Source: Methylocella sp. (lineage in GTDB: Bacteria > Pseudomonadota > Alphaproteobacteria > Rhizobiales > Beijerinckiaceae). From it: DNA of 51,108 bases. The translations under genes were made by a program, and so were the position numbers. The notes beneath the pieces were generated by a model, which made no database searches, had not been told where the DNA came from, and worked only from the letters and a program-made list of their open reading frames with translations. Of the stretch, positions 38,429 through 49,011 are shown piece after piece (within the stretch, counting starts at the first letter, position 1; every line of letters starts with the position of its first letter). The stretch covers positions 1 through 51,108 of the forward strand of contig JBOHJV010000001.1 of NCBI GenBank assembly GCA_050728695.1, in the 5' to 3' direction.

Positions 38429-38656
38429 AATATCAAGCGCCGGGCTTAGGTCCGCAATTCGCTGCGGGGTGAAGTTCAAACGGAGACGCCACCCAACGGT
38501 TGGCGTGCCGCCAGCCGGAGCCACGCGACAGGCCCTTTCCTTAACGTCATGCAAAGAAAGCGTCTCAAATAGAGACATAAGGCATAAAACATCCCGGTCG
38601 CGCCAAATATTAAAAGGCTTTGCAGGGAATTTCATTAGCAAAAGCGCAGCTTGGGT

Positions 38657-38671
38657 TTAGGCAAATCTTAA
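38657..38671. promoter_or_regulatory. Putative CtrA box upstream of sciP
   Basis: TTAG-GCAAATC-TTAA versus TTAA-N7-TTAA. sciP is a known CtrA target. Confidence 0.6.
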
Positions 38672-38726
38672 AACACCTCGCCTATTTTGTCCGCCAACAA
38701 GTCAGTCTAGTAGGTGAGTTTCGAAC

Positions 38727-39002
38727 ATGGCCGAACCAAACCGTCTGCGGGCGAAATATGTCATCGGGCCCGACGGCAGCCCCTTGACCGTCGCGGATCT
38801 GCCACCCTCGACGACCAAGCGCTGGGTGATCCGGCGCAAAGCGGAAGTCGTCGCGGCGGTGCGGGGCGGCCTTTTGTCGCTGGACGATGCGTGCAGCCGC
38901 TATACATTGACGGTCGATGAATTTCTGTCCTGGCAATTGTCGATCGACCAACATGGGCTGGCCGGGCTGCGCACGACCCGCATCCAGCAATATCGCAACT
39001 GA
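38727..39002 (+). CDS. sciP: CtrA inhibitor SciP (DUF1153)
   Basis: YVIGPDGSPLTVADLPP..TKRWVIRRKAEVVAAVRGGLLSL..AC.RY.L..EF.SW..GL.GLR.TRIQ.YR. Confidence 0.95.
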   Translation: MAEPNRLRAKYVIGPDGSPLTVADLPPSTTKRWVIRRKAEVVAAVRGGLLSLDDACSRYTLTVDEFLSWQLSIDQHGLAGLRTTRIQQYRN

Positions 39003-39085
39003 TCGCGGCGCGGTCTGCCTTCCGCCCGGCGGTGGCGCGAATGCAAGTTCCGGCAGCAATGCCCGCCCGGCCCCAATGCGCAAGT

Positions 39086-39766
39086 TCAATAATGATCCGG
39101 GACGCGTTCCGCCTCCTCGTCCGGCAACTTGTGGCGCGCGATGAGCGGCACCTGGGCGATCGAGAAAAGAACAATAAGAATAAAAATTCCTGGGAACTTG
39201 AAGGCGACCCAGACATCGTTCGATTGCGTGCGCCAAACGATCTCGTTTGAGAGCGCAAGCGCGAAAAAGAAACCACCCCACCGCAAGGTGAGGAGCCGCC
39301 AGCCGCGCTCCGTCAAGGCCATGGCATGATCGAAAATGATCGGCAGCACCGGCTTGTTCAGCGCGAGGCCGCCGATGAGCGCTACCCCGAAGCTTGCATA
39401 GAGCACGGTCGGCTTCATCTTGATGAAAATGGCATCCTGCAAATAAAGCGTGAGCCCGCCGAAAACGAGCACGAGAGCCGCGGTCATGAGCGGCACGGCC
39501 GGGAGCCGCCGCGTCGAAACATAGGAGACAGCGAGGGCCACCGCGACCGCCGCCATCGAGACGAGGGTTGCGGTGAAGAGCCCGGCGTTTGGGCCGCTCA
39601 GGATCGGCGGCGGCAGGAAAGGCGCGACGGCGGGCGCGAAAAGTTTTGGCCGCGCATTGGCAAAAAAGAACAAGATCAACGGCCCCATTTCGACGCCGAA
39701 TTTCAGCCATGGCGAACCCCGCCCGCCTCGCTTCGGCACAGCGGCGCCGGGCTGAATTGCGTTCAT
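39086..39766 (-). CDS. yciB: Inner membrane protein YciB (IspZ)
   Basis: EMGPL.LFF, FGGLTL.L.D..FIKMKPT, NEIVWR and WVAFK. Downstream of ftsY. Confidence 0.93.
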   Translation of the reverse strand: MNAIQPGAAVPKRGGRGSPWLKFGVEMGPLILFFFANARPKLFAPAVAPFLPPPILSGPNAGLFTATLVSMAAVAVALAVSYVSTRRLPAVPLMTAALVLVFGGLTLYLQDAIFIKMKPTVLYASFGVALIGGLALNKPVLPIIFDHAMALTERGWRLLTLRWGGFFFALALSNEIVWRTQSNDVWVAFKFPGIFILIVLFSIAQVPLIARHKLPDEEAERVPDHY

Positions 39767-39813
39767 TCCGTTTGACCTTTCTGGTTCTTTCGCCGCGCGG
39801 CTTAGCACAAATG

Positions 39814-41079
39814 TTACACTTCCACGCCGGCGATAGCGCGGGCAAAATCGTGCGCCTCGAAAGCCTCGAGGTCGCCCACGCCTTCGCCAACTCCTATAAA
39901 ATGCACCGGAAGCTTGAATTTTTCGGCGATCGCAACGAGGATGCCGCCGCGCGCGGTTCCGTCGAGCTTGGTCATGACAAGACCGGTAACGCCGGCGACG
40001 CGCCGGAAAATCTCGACCTGGTTGATCGCGTTTTGGCCGACCGTCGCGTCGAGGACGAGAAGCACGGCGTGCGGCGCGCCGGGATCGACCTTTTTCATGA
40101 CGCGGATGATTTTTTTAAGTTCGCCCATTAATTCGGCGCGGTTTTGCAGCCGCCCGGCGGTGTCCATCAGCGTCACGTCCGCGCCGCGGTCCCGCGCGGC
40201 CGAAATCGCATCGAATGCCACCGCCGAGGCATCAGCGCCTTGTTCGTGCGCGATGACCGGACACCCCACCCGCTCGCCCCAGATGCGCAATTGCTCGATC
40301 GCGGCGGCGCGGAACGTGTCGCCAGCGGCGAGCAGAACGCTATGGCCATTGCTTGCAAAGCGCGCCGCGAGCTTGCCGATTGTCGTTGTTTTGCCCGATC
40401 CGTTCACCCCGGCCACGAGAATGACGAAAGGTTTTTTGGCCCTATCGATCTCCAGCGGCTGGGCATAAGGGGCTAGCGCGCGCTCGATTTCCGCGGCGAG
40501 CACCGCTTTGACCTCTTCGACGCCGACATTTTTATCATAGCGGCCGTGGCCGATCGCTTTCGCGATCCTCGCCGCCATCGCGACGCCGAGATCTGCGCGG
40601 ATCAGCACGTCCTCCAAATCGTCGAGCATCGAAGCGTCGAGCTTGCGCTTGCTGAGGATCGAGGCAAAACCTTCCCCGATCGAGCCGGACGAGCGCGACA
40701 GGCCATCGCGCAGCCGCGTAAACCAGCTCCGCTTTGGTTCGGCGAGCGGCGGAGCTACCGGAGTTTTTTTTTCGCGCGCAGGGAAGTCTGGCTCGAAAAC
40801 TTCGTCTTGCCCGAGAGTAGAGATGTCAGGCTCCAAAGCCTCATCTTCCGCGGCAACCTCGGGAAGAAATGGCGCGGAATGAGCGGGCGCTTCCTCGTCG
40901 CCGCCAGGCGCTACGTCAGGCGGAGTTGCGGTCTCGGCCTCCGCTGGCGGCGTTTGCCGCCGCAGGGCCCGGATCGCATTGCTCAGGATCCCCCAGCTAC
41001 CGCCGCCCAGAAGGAACGCGGCGGCGAGTTCGATTGCCCGCTCCTGCTGCAGCGCAAATTCGATCACTTGGCTCCACAT
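39814..41079 (-). CDS. ftsY: Signal recognition particle receptor FtsY
   Basis: GVNGSGKTTTIGKLA, AGDTFRAAA, DTAGRLQN, TKLDGTARGG and GVGE. Acidic N-terminal region. Confidence 0.96.
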   Translation of the reverse strand: MWSQVIEFALQQERAIELAAAFLLGGGSWGILSNAIRALRRQTPPAEAETATPPDVAPGGDEEAPAHSAPFLPEVAAEDEALEPDISTLGQDEVFEPDFPAREKKTPVAPPLAEPKRSWFTRLRDGLSRSSGSIGEGFASILSKRKLDASMLDDLEDVLIRADLGVAMAARIAKAIGHGRYDKNVGVEEVKAVLAAEIERALAPYAQPLEIDRAKKPFVILVAGVNGSGKTTTIGKLAARFASNGHSVLLAAGDTFRAAAIEQLRIWGERVGCPVIAHEQGADASAVAFDAISAARDRGADVTLMDTAGRLQNRAELMGELKKIIRVMKKVDPGAPHAVLLVLDATVGQNAINQVEIFRRVAGVTGLVMTKLDGTARGGILVAIAEKFKLPVHFIGVGEGVGDLEAFEAHDFARAIAGVEV

Positions 41080-41299
41080 GAACTGGCGCTCCCACAAGCT
41101 TAACGGCGCTCTTGGATTTTACGTCAACACTATATAGTACCCCGCCTCGGAGCATGAGCCGCTGAGCTTGAAACTGAGCCAACCCCAACCAACCGGGCCG
41201 TTTTTTTTCAAAACCTTGCGGCCGGCGGCGCTCGAAAGCCTGGTATCGACCTATATGCCAGCAGCAGGAAAGGAGGGCGAATTTCGCAAAATTGGCAAG

Positions 41300-42493
41300 C
41301 TACCCTTGGGAGATGGAAGTAACGACCCCCGGCGTCACTCTCAACATCAGCGCGCGACTTTCGATTGTCCCGAAAGTCGCCCTGTCCGTGCCGGAAAGCC
41401 AGATCTGCCCGCCCAGGGTTTCGAGCGCTTCAAAGAGCGCGTCGCGCCGGAGGGGATCGAAATGGGCGGCGATCTCATCGAGGAGGACGAGCGGCGCGAG
41501 CCCGCTCATCGTTGCCGCGAGCCTTGCGTGCGCCAGTACCAATCCGGCGAGGAGCGCCTTTTGTTCACCCGTCGAGGCCTGCGCCGCTGGGATTTGTTTT
41601 GGGCCGTGGCGGACGCAAAGATCGCTCGCCTGCGGCCCGGTCAGGGTGCGCCCGGCTGCCGCGTCGCGGGATCGGTTCGCATGCAAAATTCCGCGATAAA
41701 TATCTTCGGCTTTTAACGCGGGCCAGGTTCCCAGCAGGCGCTCGACATCGCCTTCTAAGGCGACATCCGCCCACGGGAACGGCGACGTTTTGTCGCGCGC
41801 CTCGGCAATCAAAGCCGAAAGCCGCGATATAGTCTCGAACCGCGCGGCGGCAACCGCGATGGCGAGTTCGGCCGCTTCCCGCTCGATCGCGTCGAGCCAG
41901 CCGCGGTCGGCCCCGGGGCCCTCTTCCAGCAAACGGTTGCGGCTGCGCAACGCCCGTTCGAGCGAGGCCACGCGGGTCCCGTGATCGGCATCGACGGCGA
42001 GCACGAGCCGGTCGAGAAACCGCCGCCGGTCTTTCGCCTGGCCAATGAAAAGCCCGTCCATCGCGGGGGCCAGCCATAGCACGCGGACATGATTGGAAAA
42101 GCCGCGCATGGATCTGGCTGGCTCGCGGTCGATCCGGTATTTGCGCAGCGGTGGCGCGTCCCTCTGCGGCTCGATCCCGGTCCCAAGCTGCACGACGCCG
42201 TTTTGCGTTTCGAGTTCGACCGAGATGGCAAAGCCGCCCCCGCCGTTGCTTCGCGCGCAATCTTTCAATTCCGCCCGGCGCAGGCCGCGTCCAGGCGCGA
42301 GCAGCGAAAGAGCCTCGAGAAGATTGGTTTTCCCCGCGCCATTGTCTCCGGTGAGCACAACGAGGCGCGCATCAACCGCAAGATCGAGCGCGGCATACGA
42401 GCGAAAATCGGCAAGCGCGAGCCGTCGCACGGCTACTCTCGCGAAGGCCGCGGCCGTGCGGGGTGCATGCACCTCGAAAGAGGTTTCGCTCAT
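41300..42493 (-). CDS. recF: DNA replication/repair protein RecF
   Basis: DFRSY, GDNGAGKTNLLEA, RRRFLDRLV, GP..SD, STGEQKALL and LLDEIAAHFD. Confidence 0.95.
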   Translation of the reverse strand: MSETSFEVHAPRTAAAFARVAVRRLALADFRSYAALDLAVDARLVVLTGDNGAGKTNLLEALSLLAPGRGLRRAELKDCARSNGGGGFAISVELETQNGVVQLGTGIEPQRDAPPLRKYRIDREPARSMRGFSNHVRVLWLAPAMDGLFIGQAKDRRRFLDRLVLAVDADHGTRVASLERALRSRNRLLEEGPGADRGWLDAIEREAAELAIAVAAARFETISRLSALIAEARDKTSPFPWADVALEGDVERLLGTWPALKAEDIYRGILHANRSRDAAAGRTLTGPQASDLCVRHGPKQIPAAQASTGEQKALLAGLVLAHARLAATMSGLAPLVLLDEIAAHFDPLRRDALFEALETLGGQIWLSGTDRATFGTIESRALMLRVTPGVVTSISQG

Positions 42494-43044
42494 TGCCGGA
42501 AAACGCCCCTCGAAACTGCGCAAATTGTCCATTTTTGACCCGAAGTCCAGCAATTACGCCGCTCACGTCTGTAACGTAGAGTCCGAAACTCTTGGCAATT
42601 GCACCAAATGTTTCACGCCAAACAATTTGGTTCTTTTATCGCGGCACCACCGTCAAGAGGCAAGCCGTCGTTCGCATTGAGGCCACGCCGTCGATGACGA
42701 CGATCGCCAGCCGTTGACTGCACAACAGGCGCCCGCTGGGTTCATGGCTTTCTTAAGCGGCCGGCCGCTCCCGCCGCGCGTTTGGCGTTCGCGCGGAGCG
42801 GCCTTCCGAATGGGCAACGCGCGGCCGCAACGAAGCCGCCGACCAAAATTCAAAATGACGGTTCCTCCCGATCGCTTGCCTTGCGCCGACGCCCGCGGGC
42901 GGGCAACCAGGTGAGATCCCAAGAGCACCGGTTTGGCCTTGTTGGGCGAGCGGAACGCAAGTAAAATGAGGCTGAAACCGGCGATCTGGGAAATAATACC
43001 AGAATAATTGAGGAGGCGTATTTTATGCGGAGCGACAACCGCAG

Positions 43045-43072
43045 CCGCGCCGCATTGGCGCGGGGTTTTTTT
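43045..43072 (+). terminator. Intrinsic terminator in the recF-parC intergenic region
   Basis: ccgcgcc-gcatt-ggcgcgg followed by gg and T7. Confidence 0.75.
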
Positions 43073-43373
43073 ATGGTCCTCTTCGCCAAGCTGGCGGTGG
43101 GGCTGGGCTCCGAATAGGGCAGGGAATTGATTCAATGCTGAAAAAGCAGGAGGCCAACCTCGATTCTTAAGTGTCTGACTGACAAGCTGAGGGCTCGTGG
43201 GGAATCAAAATTGCCTGCGAAGTCCGGCGATCCAGGGGTAGAGCCGCGCCGCACAATCGCTTGTTTGTCGAAGCGGTTCCGTGGACTGCTCGCGCGCGCA
43301 AATCCGTGCATAAGTCTCGTAAGTACAAACACAGAATTTGATTCATTCTGGGGCACCGTTTAGGCGTTCGCCC

Positions 43374-45617
43374 ATGGGAAAAAACCTCTCGCCGCCGCCA
43401 ACCGGGGGCGCCGAACCGGTCAATCTGCGCGACGCGCTCGAAGAACGCTACCTCGCCTATGCCCTCTCGACCATCATGGGGCGCGCCCTGCCCGACGCCC
43501 GCGACGGGCTCAAACCCGTGCACCGGCGCATCCTCTACGGCATGCATATTTTGCGACTCGATCCAGGCGCCGCCTTCAAGAAATGCGCGAAAATCGTCGG
43601 CGACGTGATGGGCTCATTCCACCCGCATGGCGATCAGGCGATCTACGACGCTCTCGTCCGCCTCGCGCAGGATTTTTCCTCGCGCTATCCGCTCATCGAT
43701 GGGCAAGGCAATTTCGGCAATATCGACGGCGATGGCGCCGCCGCCTATCGCTACACCGAAGCGCGGATGACCGGTGTCGCTGGGCTCCTCCTCGAAGGCA
43801 TCGACGAGGACGCGGTCGAGTTCCGCGAGAATTATGCGGGCGACCAGAAAGAGCCAATTGTCCTGCCCGCCGGGCTGCCAAACCTGCTTGCCAACGGCGC
43901 GCAAGGCATCGCGGTTGGCATGGCAACGTCGATCCCGCCGCACAACCTCGCCGAACTCTGCGACGCGGCCCTCTATCTCATCGCGCACAAGGATGCCACG
44001 ACCGCGCAATTGCTAGGTTTCGCGCCTGGGCCGGATTTCCCAACCGGCGGAATCCTTGTCGAATCTGGGCCAGCGATCGCCGAGGCGTACGAGAGCGGGC
44101 GGGGCTCGTTCCGGCTGCGGGCGCGCTGGTCGAAGGAAGAGGGAAGCCGCGGCGCGTGGGCCGCCGTCGTCACCGAAATTCCCTACATGGTGCAGAAGTC
44201 GAAGCTCATCGAAAAGATCGCCGAGCTTTTGGCCGACAAGAAACTACCGGCGGTCGCCGACGTCCGCGACGAATCCGCCGAGGATGTCCGCGTCGTCATC
44301 GAACCCCGCGCGCGCACGATCGATCCCGAAATGATGATGGAGCAGCTCTTCAAGCTGACCGAGCTGGAGAGCCGTTTTCCGCTGAACATGAACCTGCTCG
44401 CCAATGGCGTCGTGCCCCGCGTGGTCTCCTTCAAGGAGGCCTTGCGACAGTGGCTCGACCATCGCCGCGAGGTTCTTCGAGCCCGCGCGCGGCACCGGCA
44501 GGCGGGGATCGCGCACCGGCTCGAACTCGTCGCCGGAATGCTCGTCGTCTTTTTGAACCTCGACGCCGCGATCAGGATCATTCGCGAGGCCGACGATCCA
44601 AAGCAAGAGCTGCAGACGATGTTCGAACTTTCCGGCGTGCAAGCGACTTACATTCTCGACACCAGGCTACGCGGCTTGCGCCGGCTTGAAGAATTGCAGC
44701 TGCGCCGCGAAAGCGACGATCTTGCGAAGGAAAAGCGCGAGATCGAGGATTTGCTTGCCAGCGAGCCCAAGCAATGGGGGACGGTCGCCGCGCAAATTCG
44801 CGAGCTAAAGAAGAAATACGGTCCCGAAACAAAGATCGGCCGCCGCCGCACGAGTTTTGGCCAAGCGCCCGATATCGCCGATGCCGATGTCATGGAAGCG
44901 ATGATCGAGCGCGAGCCGGTGACGATCGTGGTTTCCGAGAAAGGCTGGATCAGGGCGCTCAAGGGCCATGTCACGGATTTGGCGGGGGTGCAGTTCAAAG
45001 GCGGCGATGGATTGGCCGTGTCGTTTTTCGCCGAGACCACATCGAAAATCCTCGTGCTTGCCAGCGATGGAAGGATTTTTACGCTCGACGCAGCGAAATT
45101 GCCGGGCGGGCGCGGCCAGGGCGAACCCATCCGTTTGATGGCCGATATTGAGGAAAGCGAGACGATCAAAGCCGTGTTTCCCTACGCGCCAGGAAGCAAG
45201 ATGCTGGTCGCGGCGAGCGATGGCCGCGGGTTCGTAGCCAGCCAGGACGAGATGGTTGGCGGTACACGTAAGGGCAAACTGCTGCTTACCGTTGGAAAGC
45301 CGGCGACCGCCGCGCTCGTCGTTCCCGCCGATGGCGATCATGTGGCGGCGATTGGCGAGAACCGCAAGCTTCTGATTTTCCCTCTCGCACAACTGCCCGA
45401 AATGCCGCGCGGCAAGGGCGTGCGTCTGCAAAAATACAGGGATGGCGGGATTTCCGATGCGAAGGTGTTCCGTCTTGCCGAAGGGCTGAACTGGACCGAC
45501 ACGGCCGGACGCAGTTTCTGCCTCGCCGCGGCAGAACTTGCCGAGTGGATCGGTAATCGAGCAGACGCGGGGCGCCTGGTGCCGCGAGGATTTCCAAGAA
45601 GCAACACGTTCGGATGA
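43374..45617 (+). CDS. parC: DNA topoisomerase IV subunit A
   Basis: [43 protein letters not shown] and a short C-terminal pinwheel without a GyrA box. Confidence 0.95.
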   Translation: MGKNLSPPPTGGAEPVNLRDALEERYLAYALSTIMGRALPDARDGLKPVHRRILYGMHILRLDPGAAFKKCAKIVGDVMGSFHPHGDQAIYDALVRLAQDFSSRYPLIDGQGNFGNIDGDGAAAYRYTEARMTGVAGLLLEGIDEDAVEFRENYAGDQKEPIVLPAGLPNLLANGAQGIAVGMATSIPPHNLAELCDAALYLIAHKDATTAQLLGFAPGPDFPTGGILVESGPAIAEAYESGRGSFRLRARWSKEEGSRGAWAAVVTEIPYMVQKSKLIEKIAELLADKKLPAVADVRDESAEDVRVVIEPRARTIDPEMMMEQLFKLTELESRFPLNMNLLANGVVPRVVSFKEALRQWLDHRREVLRARARHRQAGIAHRLELVAGMLVVFLNLDAAIRIIREADDPKQELQTMFELSGVQATYILDTRLRGLRRLEELQLRRESDDLAKEKREIEDLLASEPKQWGTVAAQIRELKKKYGPETKIGRRRTSFGQAPDIADADVMEAMIEREPVTIVVSEKGWIRALKGHVTDLAGVQFKGGDGLAVSFFAETTSKILVLASDGRIFTLDAAKLPGGRGQGEPIRLMADIEESETIKAVFPYAPGSKMLVAASDGRGFVASQDEMVGGTRKGKLLLTVGKPATAALVVPADGDHVAAIGENRKLLIFPLAQLPEMPRGKGVRLQKYRDGGISDAKVFRLAEGLNWTDTAGRSFCLAAAELAEWIGNRADAGRLVPRGFPRSNTFG

Positions 45618-45950
45618 ATGCTGCTAAACGATCAATCCCGCAAACAAGACCGTGGTCATGAAGTTGGATTCTATCGCGTTTCGCAAAGAAGAAAATGTGT
45701 AATATTCCTTGACAAATTACATGCCGATCTCCATGGTTTGGCGTATGTGTCAACGAGACGCGCTTACATCTGGTTGCGAGCACACCGCAAATTACCGAAG
45801 AAATCCTTCCTCGACGCAATAGCGATGACGAATGACAAAATAGTCGCTGTCTGGCCCGATCGGACATGGAACCTGAATCGCTCAAACAGGCACCACATTT
45901 CAGATCGAGCACCGGCTAATACCTTAAACCAAATTATAATCGAAAAAACA

Positions 45951-47060
45951 ATGCGTATGATAATCCGCCGGGGCTTTATTGGTCTTAAACGCGGGGCCAG
46001 GATTGGTCTTAAACGCGGAGTCGAGGGTATTATTGGTCTTTACCAAGGGGTCGAGACATCTATTTTGTACAAGCGCAAAATGGCCAACGTCCTAGCGGGC
46101 CTGCCGGACAAGAAGCCATTCGTGTTCCGGCAAAGACTATTTCATGCCTATGGCGATACGCGTTGGCACCAGGCCTATGCAAGCGCCAACGGGATCGTCA
46201 GCGACAATTATGTTCCCGAAGATCTTTTTTTTGTGAATATCGAGACAAAACTCAATCCGCGTATGCGGACGAGATTCTATACTGATAAGAATGCCATTGA
46301 CCGACTGCGCTTTCCCTGCACGTTTCCAAAAACGCTGGGCCGGATCATTCGCGGTGAATTCCTGTTGGCGGACTATCAGCCTGGCCATCCTGACGCCGCG
46401 CTCGGCGGTTTTCCCGCGGTGGTCGTCAAGCCTTCGCTGAGCACGGGCGGCGGCAAAAACGTTGCTTTCATGACCGGAGCCGAGGCCGCGGCCTTCGCCA
46501 GCGAAGTGAGGGCTAACCGCCCGCGCGACGAATATATTTTTCAGGAACCGATCCGGCAGGCAGCATCCCTTGCTGCGTTTTCGCCGGATTCGGTGAACAC
46601 CCTGCGCGTCCTGACAATGCGGGTGGAAGGGGCGCCTCAGGTTATCTCATCGGTTCTCAGGATGGGGCGGGATGGCTCCCGCATTGATAACCAGGAAGGT
46701 GGCGGCATCTCGTGCGGAATAAAAAATGGCCGTCTCATCGCCAATGCCTATGATAAGAATTTCACGTCCTACCAAAGGCATCCGAATACTAACTTACGTT
46801 TCGACGATTTCAAGGTGCCGGCATATTACCGGGCGGTGGATCTTTCTCTCAATTTGCATGCCCTGATTCCGGAAATCGGGCTGGTGTCGTGGGACATCGC
46901 CATCGATGAAAATGAAAATCCGGTCGTGATTGAGATGAACATGCAGGAGCAGGAAATCAACTTTCACCAGCTTGCCCATGGCCCGCTTTTTCGCGGACGG
47001 ATAGTTTCGATCCTATTGAAGACAAAGCCGCTCGTACTTTTTGACTACCCGGTGTACTAG
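45951..47060 (+). CDS. Sugar-transfer-associated ATP-grasp protein (alpha-L-glutamate ligase-related)
   Basis: DKN, VVKPS..GGGKNV, IFQEPIRQ, SVNTLRVLT, LRMG..IDN..GG, HP.T and VSWDIAI....PVVIEMN. The ORF is open from 45618; true start uncertain. Confidence 0.8.
   Translation: MRMIIRRGFIGLKRGARIGLKRGVEGIIGLYQGVETSILYKRKMANVLAGLPDKKPFVFRQRLFHAYGDTRWHQAYASANGIVSDNYVPEDLFFVNIETKLNPRMRTRFYTDKNAIDRLRFPCTFPKTLGRIIRGEFLLADYQPGHPDAALGGFPAVVVKPSLSTGGGKNVAFMTGAEAAAFASEVRANRPRDEYIFQEPIRQAASLAAFSPDSVNTLRVLTMRVEGAPQVISSVLRMGRDGSRIDNQEGGGISCGIKNGRLIANAYDKNFTSYQRHPNTNLRFDDFKVPAYYRAVDLSLNLHALIPEIGLVSWDIAIDENENPVVIEMNMQEQEINFHQLAHGPLFRGRIVSILLKTKPLVLFDYPVY
45978..46055 (+). repeat. Imperfect tandem repeat (3 units) at the 5' end of the ATP-grasp gene
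   Basis: attggtcttaaacgcgg at 45978 and 46002, and attggtctttaccaagg at 46032. Encodes IGLKRG/IGLKRG/IGLYQG. Confidence 0.75.
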
Positions 47061-47159
47061 GGTGTGACTTCAGTTAAGCGGGCTTTGCGCGAGAACGGAT
47101 CAGAATCAAACGCGGAACACGGTTCGATTGTGCAACGTTTTCGGTACATCGGGGATTCC

Positions 47160-48132
47160 CATACGTGCGTGAACTGTGGGCTGCCGGCACATTCTCCAAT
47201 TGCCCAGACCGCCGGCGCAGTGGTTTCCAGGCGCTCATTGACTTTAATGTAGCCACGGCCATCCAATTCAACACCGGCCGCGTCGAGCCCGATGCCGGCA
47301 GTGTTGGGACTGCGCCCCGTCGCCACCAGGACGTCACTACCCTCGATGCTCTGCTCACCTGAGGACGTGCGCACGAGAAGGACGACGTCTCCTCCTGAGC
47401 GCCCTGCACACTACGTGTCTCTGCCGCCACAAGAATGTCAATTCCTTCGTCGCCGAGGATCCGCCGCATCTCGTCCGCGACGTCCTGATCCTCCCGCCCA
47501 GCGAGCTGAGGTCCGTGCTCGATGATCGTCACGCGGCTGCCGAAACGGCGATATGCCTGTGCCAATTCGAGGCCGACGTAGCCGCCGCCGAGCACGATCA
47601 GATGTTGCGGAACATCGTCGAGTTCCAGCGCCTCTATGTTCGTAAGCGGTCCGGCCGCATCGAGGCCAGGTACGCTCGGAACTGTCGCGTGTGTACCAGT
47701 ATTGACGAAAACCTGATCACCCACCAGCACGCGCGTCCCGCCGTCATTCAAGCGAATCTCGAGCGTTTTCGGCGCCACGAAATTCCCGGCTCCCATGATC
47801 AATTCCGCGCCCGTCGCCTTGTATTGCTGCAAAACCGTGGCGACCTCGCCTTCGACCATGCCACGCTTGCGCTGGCGGACTTTGGCCATGTCGATCGCGG
47901 CGGAACCCGTCATCGCGCCGAAGCTTGCGGCGTGGCGCACCAAGTCGGCGACCTTCGCGCTCCAGATCTCATTCTTGCTGGGGAGGCAGTTGATGTTGGG
48001 GCAGGAGCCGCCAATCCAACGGCGCTCCCCCACGGCAGTGCGGCGCACGGAATGCGCCATGTGCCAGGCCAGATGCATTCCGCCGTTTCCGCCGCCAAAG
48101 ACAAGGGTTTCAATCCGTTCCGGCTGAGGCAT
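47160..48132 (-). pseudogene. Pyridine nucleotide-disulfide oxidoreductase (MerA/LpdA/RclA-like), frameshifted and truncated
   Basis: GGGNGG, GGSCPNINCLPSK and GGGYVGLELAQ. A frameshift near 47402 moves the continuation (LVATGRSPN..AIGECAGSPQFTHV) into another frame. Similarity stops near 47160, so the dimerisation domain is absent. Confidence 0.85.
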
Positions 48133-48202
48133 GGCTATCTCCTCTCCCGTTTCGTTTCCTGGCCGCGTATTGCTCCACACACACTAATCAGCAAATTTAG
48201 GA

Positions 48203-48943
48203 TTATTCCACCCGTTCCCAGCCGTTCATGCCAAGCCGCTCTTGCGGCAGGAAACGCGCCTTATAGGCCATTTTCCGGGAGCCCGCGACCCAGTAGCCGA
48301 GGTAGACATGCGGCAAGCCGAGACGGCGCACGCGATCGATATGATCGAGGATCATATAGGTGCCAAACGATCGGCTCTGTTCACCCGGTACGTAGAAGGA
48401 ATAAACCATCGACAGACCGTCGGCGAGGAGATCGGTCAGACAGGCGGCAACGAGCGGGCGCTCGCTCGCCGGCCCGGCAGTGCCCTCCGAATGGCGATAT
48501 TCGACGAGCCGGGTTTCGACATGGCTGTCCTCGATCATTGTCGAATAATCGACGACCGTCATGTCGGCCATGCCGCCGTCGCCATGCCGCGCGTCGAGGT
48601 AGCGGCGGAAAAGTGCATATTGTTCGGAGGAGGGCTCCGGCCGCACCACGGTTCCGGCGAGGTCGCGATTGATTTCGAGGACCCGCCGGAAATTCCGCGT
48701 CAAGCGGAATTCATTGGCCTTGATCCGGACCGACACGCAGGCGCGGCAATTTTCGCAGGCTGGGCGGTAGGCGATCGTCTGCGAGCGCCTAAATCCCGAT
48801 TGGGTGAGCTGGTCGTTCAGCGCCACCGCGCGGCGGCCGATCAAATGGGTGAAGACCTTGCGCTCCTGGCGGCTCGGCAAATAAGGGCACGCCGAAGGCG
48901 AGGTCAGATAAAACTGCGGTGCGTCGCGCGGTTCTCGCGTCAA
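48203..48943 (-). CDS. Arginyl-tRNA-protein transferase-like / aspartate-glutamate leucyltransferase (Ate/Bpt)
   Basis: FYLT.P..CPYLP..ERKVFT, GFRRSQ..YRP.C..C.AC, DGLS.VYSF and YLGYWV.GS.KM.YK. Confidence 0.92.
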   Translation of the reverse strand: MTREPRDAPQFYLTSPSACPYLPSRQERKVFTHLIGRRAVALNDQLTQSGFRRSQTIAYRPACENCRACVSVRIKANEFRLTRNFRRVLEINRDLAGTVVRPEPSSEQYALFRRYLDARHGDGGMADMTVVDYSTMIEDSHVETRLVEYRHSEGTAGPASERPLVAACLTDLLADGLSMVYSFYVPGEQSRSFGTYMILDHIDRVRRLGLPHVYLGYWVAGSRKMAYKARFLPQERLGMNGWERVE

Positions 48944-49011
48944 TTTCGCCGGCCCTCTCTTTGGTTTTCAGAAGTTGGCCGTCTGAAAACAACGGGTGAA
49001 AATTCCAGCCC

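Noticed and set aside
41100..41300. SRP RNA (ffs) near ftsY
   Set aside because: The conserved TCAGGTCCGGAAGGAAGCAGC core is absent.
42905..43075. 6S RNA or MmgR/suhB identity for the structured region
   Set aside because: It lacks the usual zapA-ygfA context of 6S and the TTTCCTCCCT core of suhB/MmgR. Kept only as an unassigned candidate.
45978..46055. CRISPR-like repeats
   Set aside because: Only three degenerate units with 24-30 bp period, no real spacers, in frame within a CDS, and no cas genes.
47160..48132. Functional mercuric reductase (merA)
   Set aside because: No N-terminal metal-binding domain, no C-terminal Cys pair (truncated), no mer genes nearby, and a frameshift.
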